A DNA stretch of 64,000 nucleotides, counting the filler, from Stramenopiles sp. TOSAG23-6 (lineage: Eukaryota), in the NCBI GenBank assembly GCA_900128565.1. It is 15 parts of 15 records of this genome, joined end to end, with 100 filler letters (N's around TTAATTAATTAA, not from the genome) between each part and the next. Parts side by side here need not be neighbours in the genome. Positions count along the whole stretch, not along the records: positions 59,959 to 64,000 come from LT637284.1; 14 more parts are not named here. The stretch is one strand, 5' to 3'. The position numbers and the translations under genes are program-made. This document shows positions 63,460 to 64,000 of this stretch, one piece after another; within the stretch, counting starts at the first letter, position 1, and each line of letters begins with the position of its first letter. The notes under the pieces are model-generated. The model made no database searches, was not told the origin of the DNA, and saw only the letters and a list, made by a program, of their open reading frames with translations.

Positions 63460-63772
63460 GATACTATAATCCCATTAATATAATAATGTTATTTGTACCG
63501 GAATTTGTGTGACCGTAGAGTACACATTTTAATTTTTAAAACACAAAATAACTGTAAATATTTCAATTGTATCATTTAATTATAAATGTAAAAATATTGC
63601 TATTGAAATGTAATTTATTTTGACTTATTCATTTTATAATTTACACAAAATGTATATTCTTGTTTCATTATTTTAAAATATATAGCCTACATTTCAAATT
63701 ACTGTGATTTTATTATTCTTCTTCAGAAGATGAATTTGATGAAAATTCAGGAAACGAAACTGAATCATTCTC

Positions 63773-64000
63773 TCAAGACCCTGGAGCTCCCATCTTTCTC
63801 AACCATTGTAATACTTTTAAGTGACCATTTTGAGCTGCTTCACGCCATGTATTTTCATCCCATGGACAAGGTGGATTTTGACCTCTTACCCATTTCAATA
63901 CTTTTAACTCACTGTTTCCAGCTGCATTTTGACACGTCTCTTCACCCCAAGGACAAGGTGGATTTTGACTTCTTACCCATTTTAATACTTCTAAGTGACC
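63773..64000 (-). CDS. 3' end of an ankyrin-like repeat protein (not in the ORF track)
   Basis: GHLEVLKWVRSQNPPCPWGEETCQNAA..LKVLKWVRGQNPPCPWDENTWREAAQNGHLKVLQWLR. Confidence 0.85.
   Translation of the reverse strand, partial: GHLEVLKWVRSQNPPCPWGEETCQNAAGNSELKVLKWVRGQNPPCPWDENTWREAAQNGHLKVLQWLRKMGAPGS

Overview
AT-rich eukaryotic nuclear DNA. The window is not contiguous: it is about 15 contigs of ~4.2 kb joined by an artificial N-TTAATTAATTAA-N linker, and one contig is present twice. The partial 18S rRNA and the flagellar genes (CFAP58, DRC10/IQCD, a BART-domain protein, a TTLL ligase) suggest a flagellated protist, probably a stramenopile (inference). Other recognisable genes include TERT, CDC16/APC6, topoisomerase II, SHQ1, TsaE, a DEAD-box helicase, GPC1, two amino-acid transporters and two secreted LRR proteins. 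The main discovery is one ~85-190 nt repeated intron family (introner-like), seen more than 50 times and always in the host gene's sense orientation. Its consensus is GTAYGTTTT...GAATTTCAAATTT...TTTCGTACGAAATTTTGTACCTAAC...AAATATTTTTYMCAATACAT. Reading frames and conserved protein motifs are restored when these elements are removed as GT...AT introns. By hand count about 29 of ~44 copies with both ends visible end in AT, only 5-6 end in canonical AG, and the rest end in TT, GT, AA, CT or TA. This points to a genome-wide non-canonical 3' splice-site system spread by a mobile intron. All boundaries are inferred from translation; there is no transcript evidence here.
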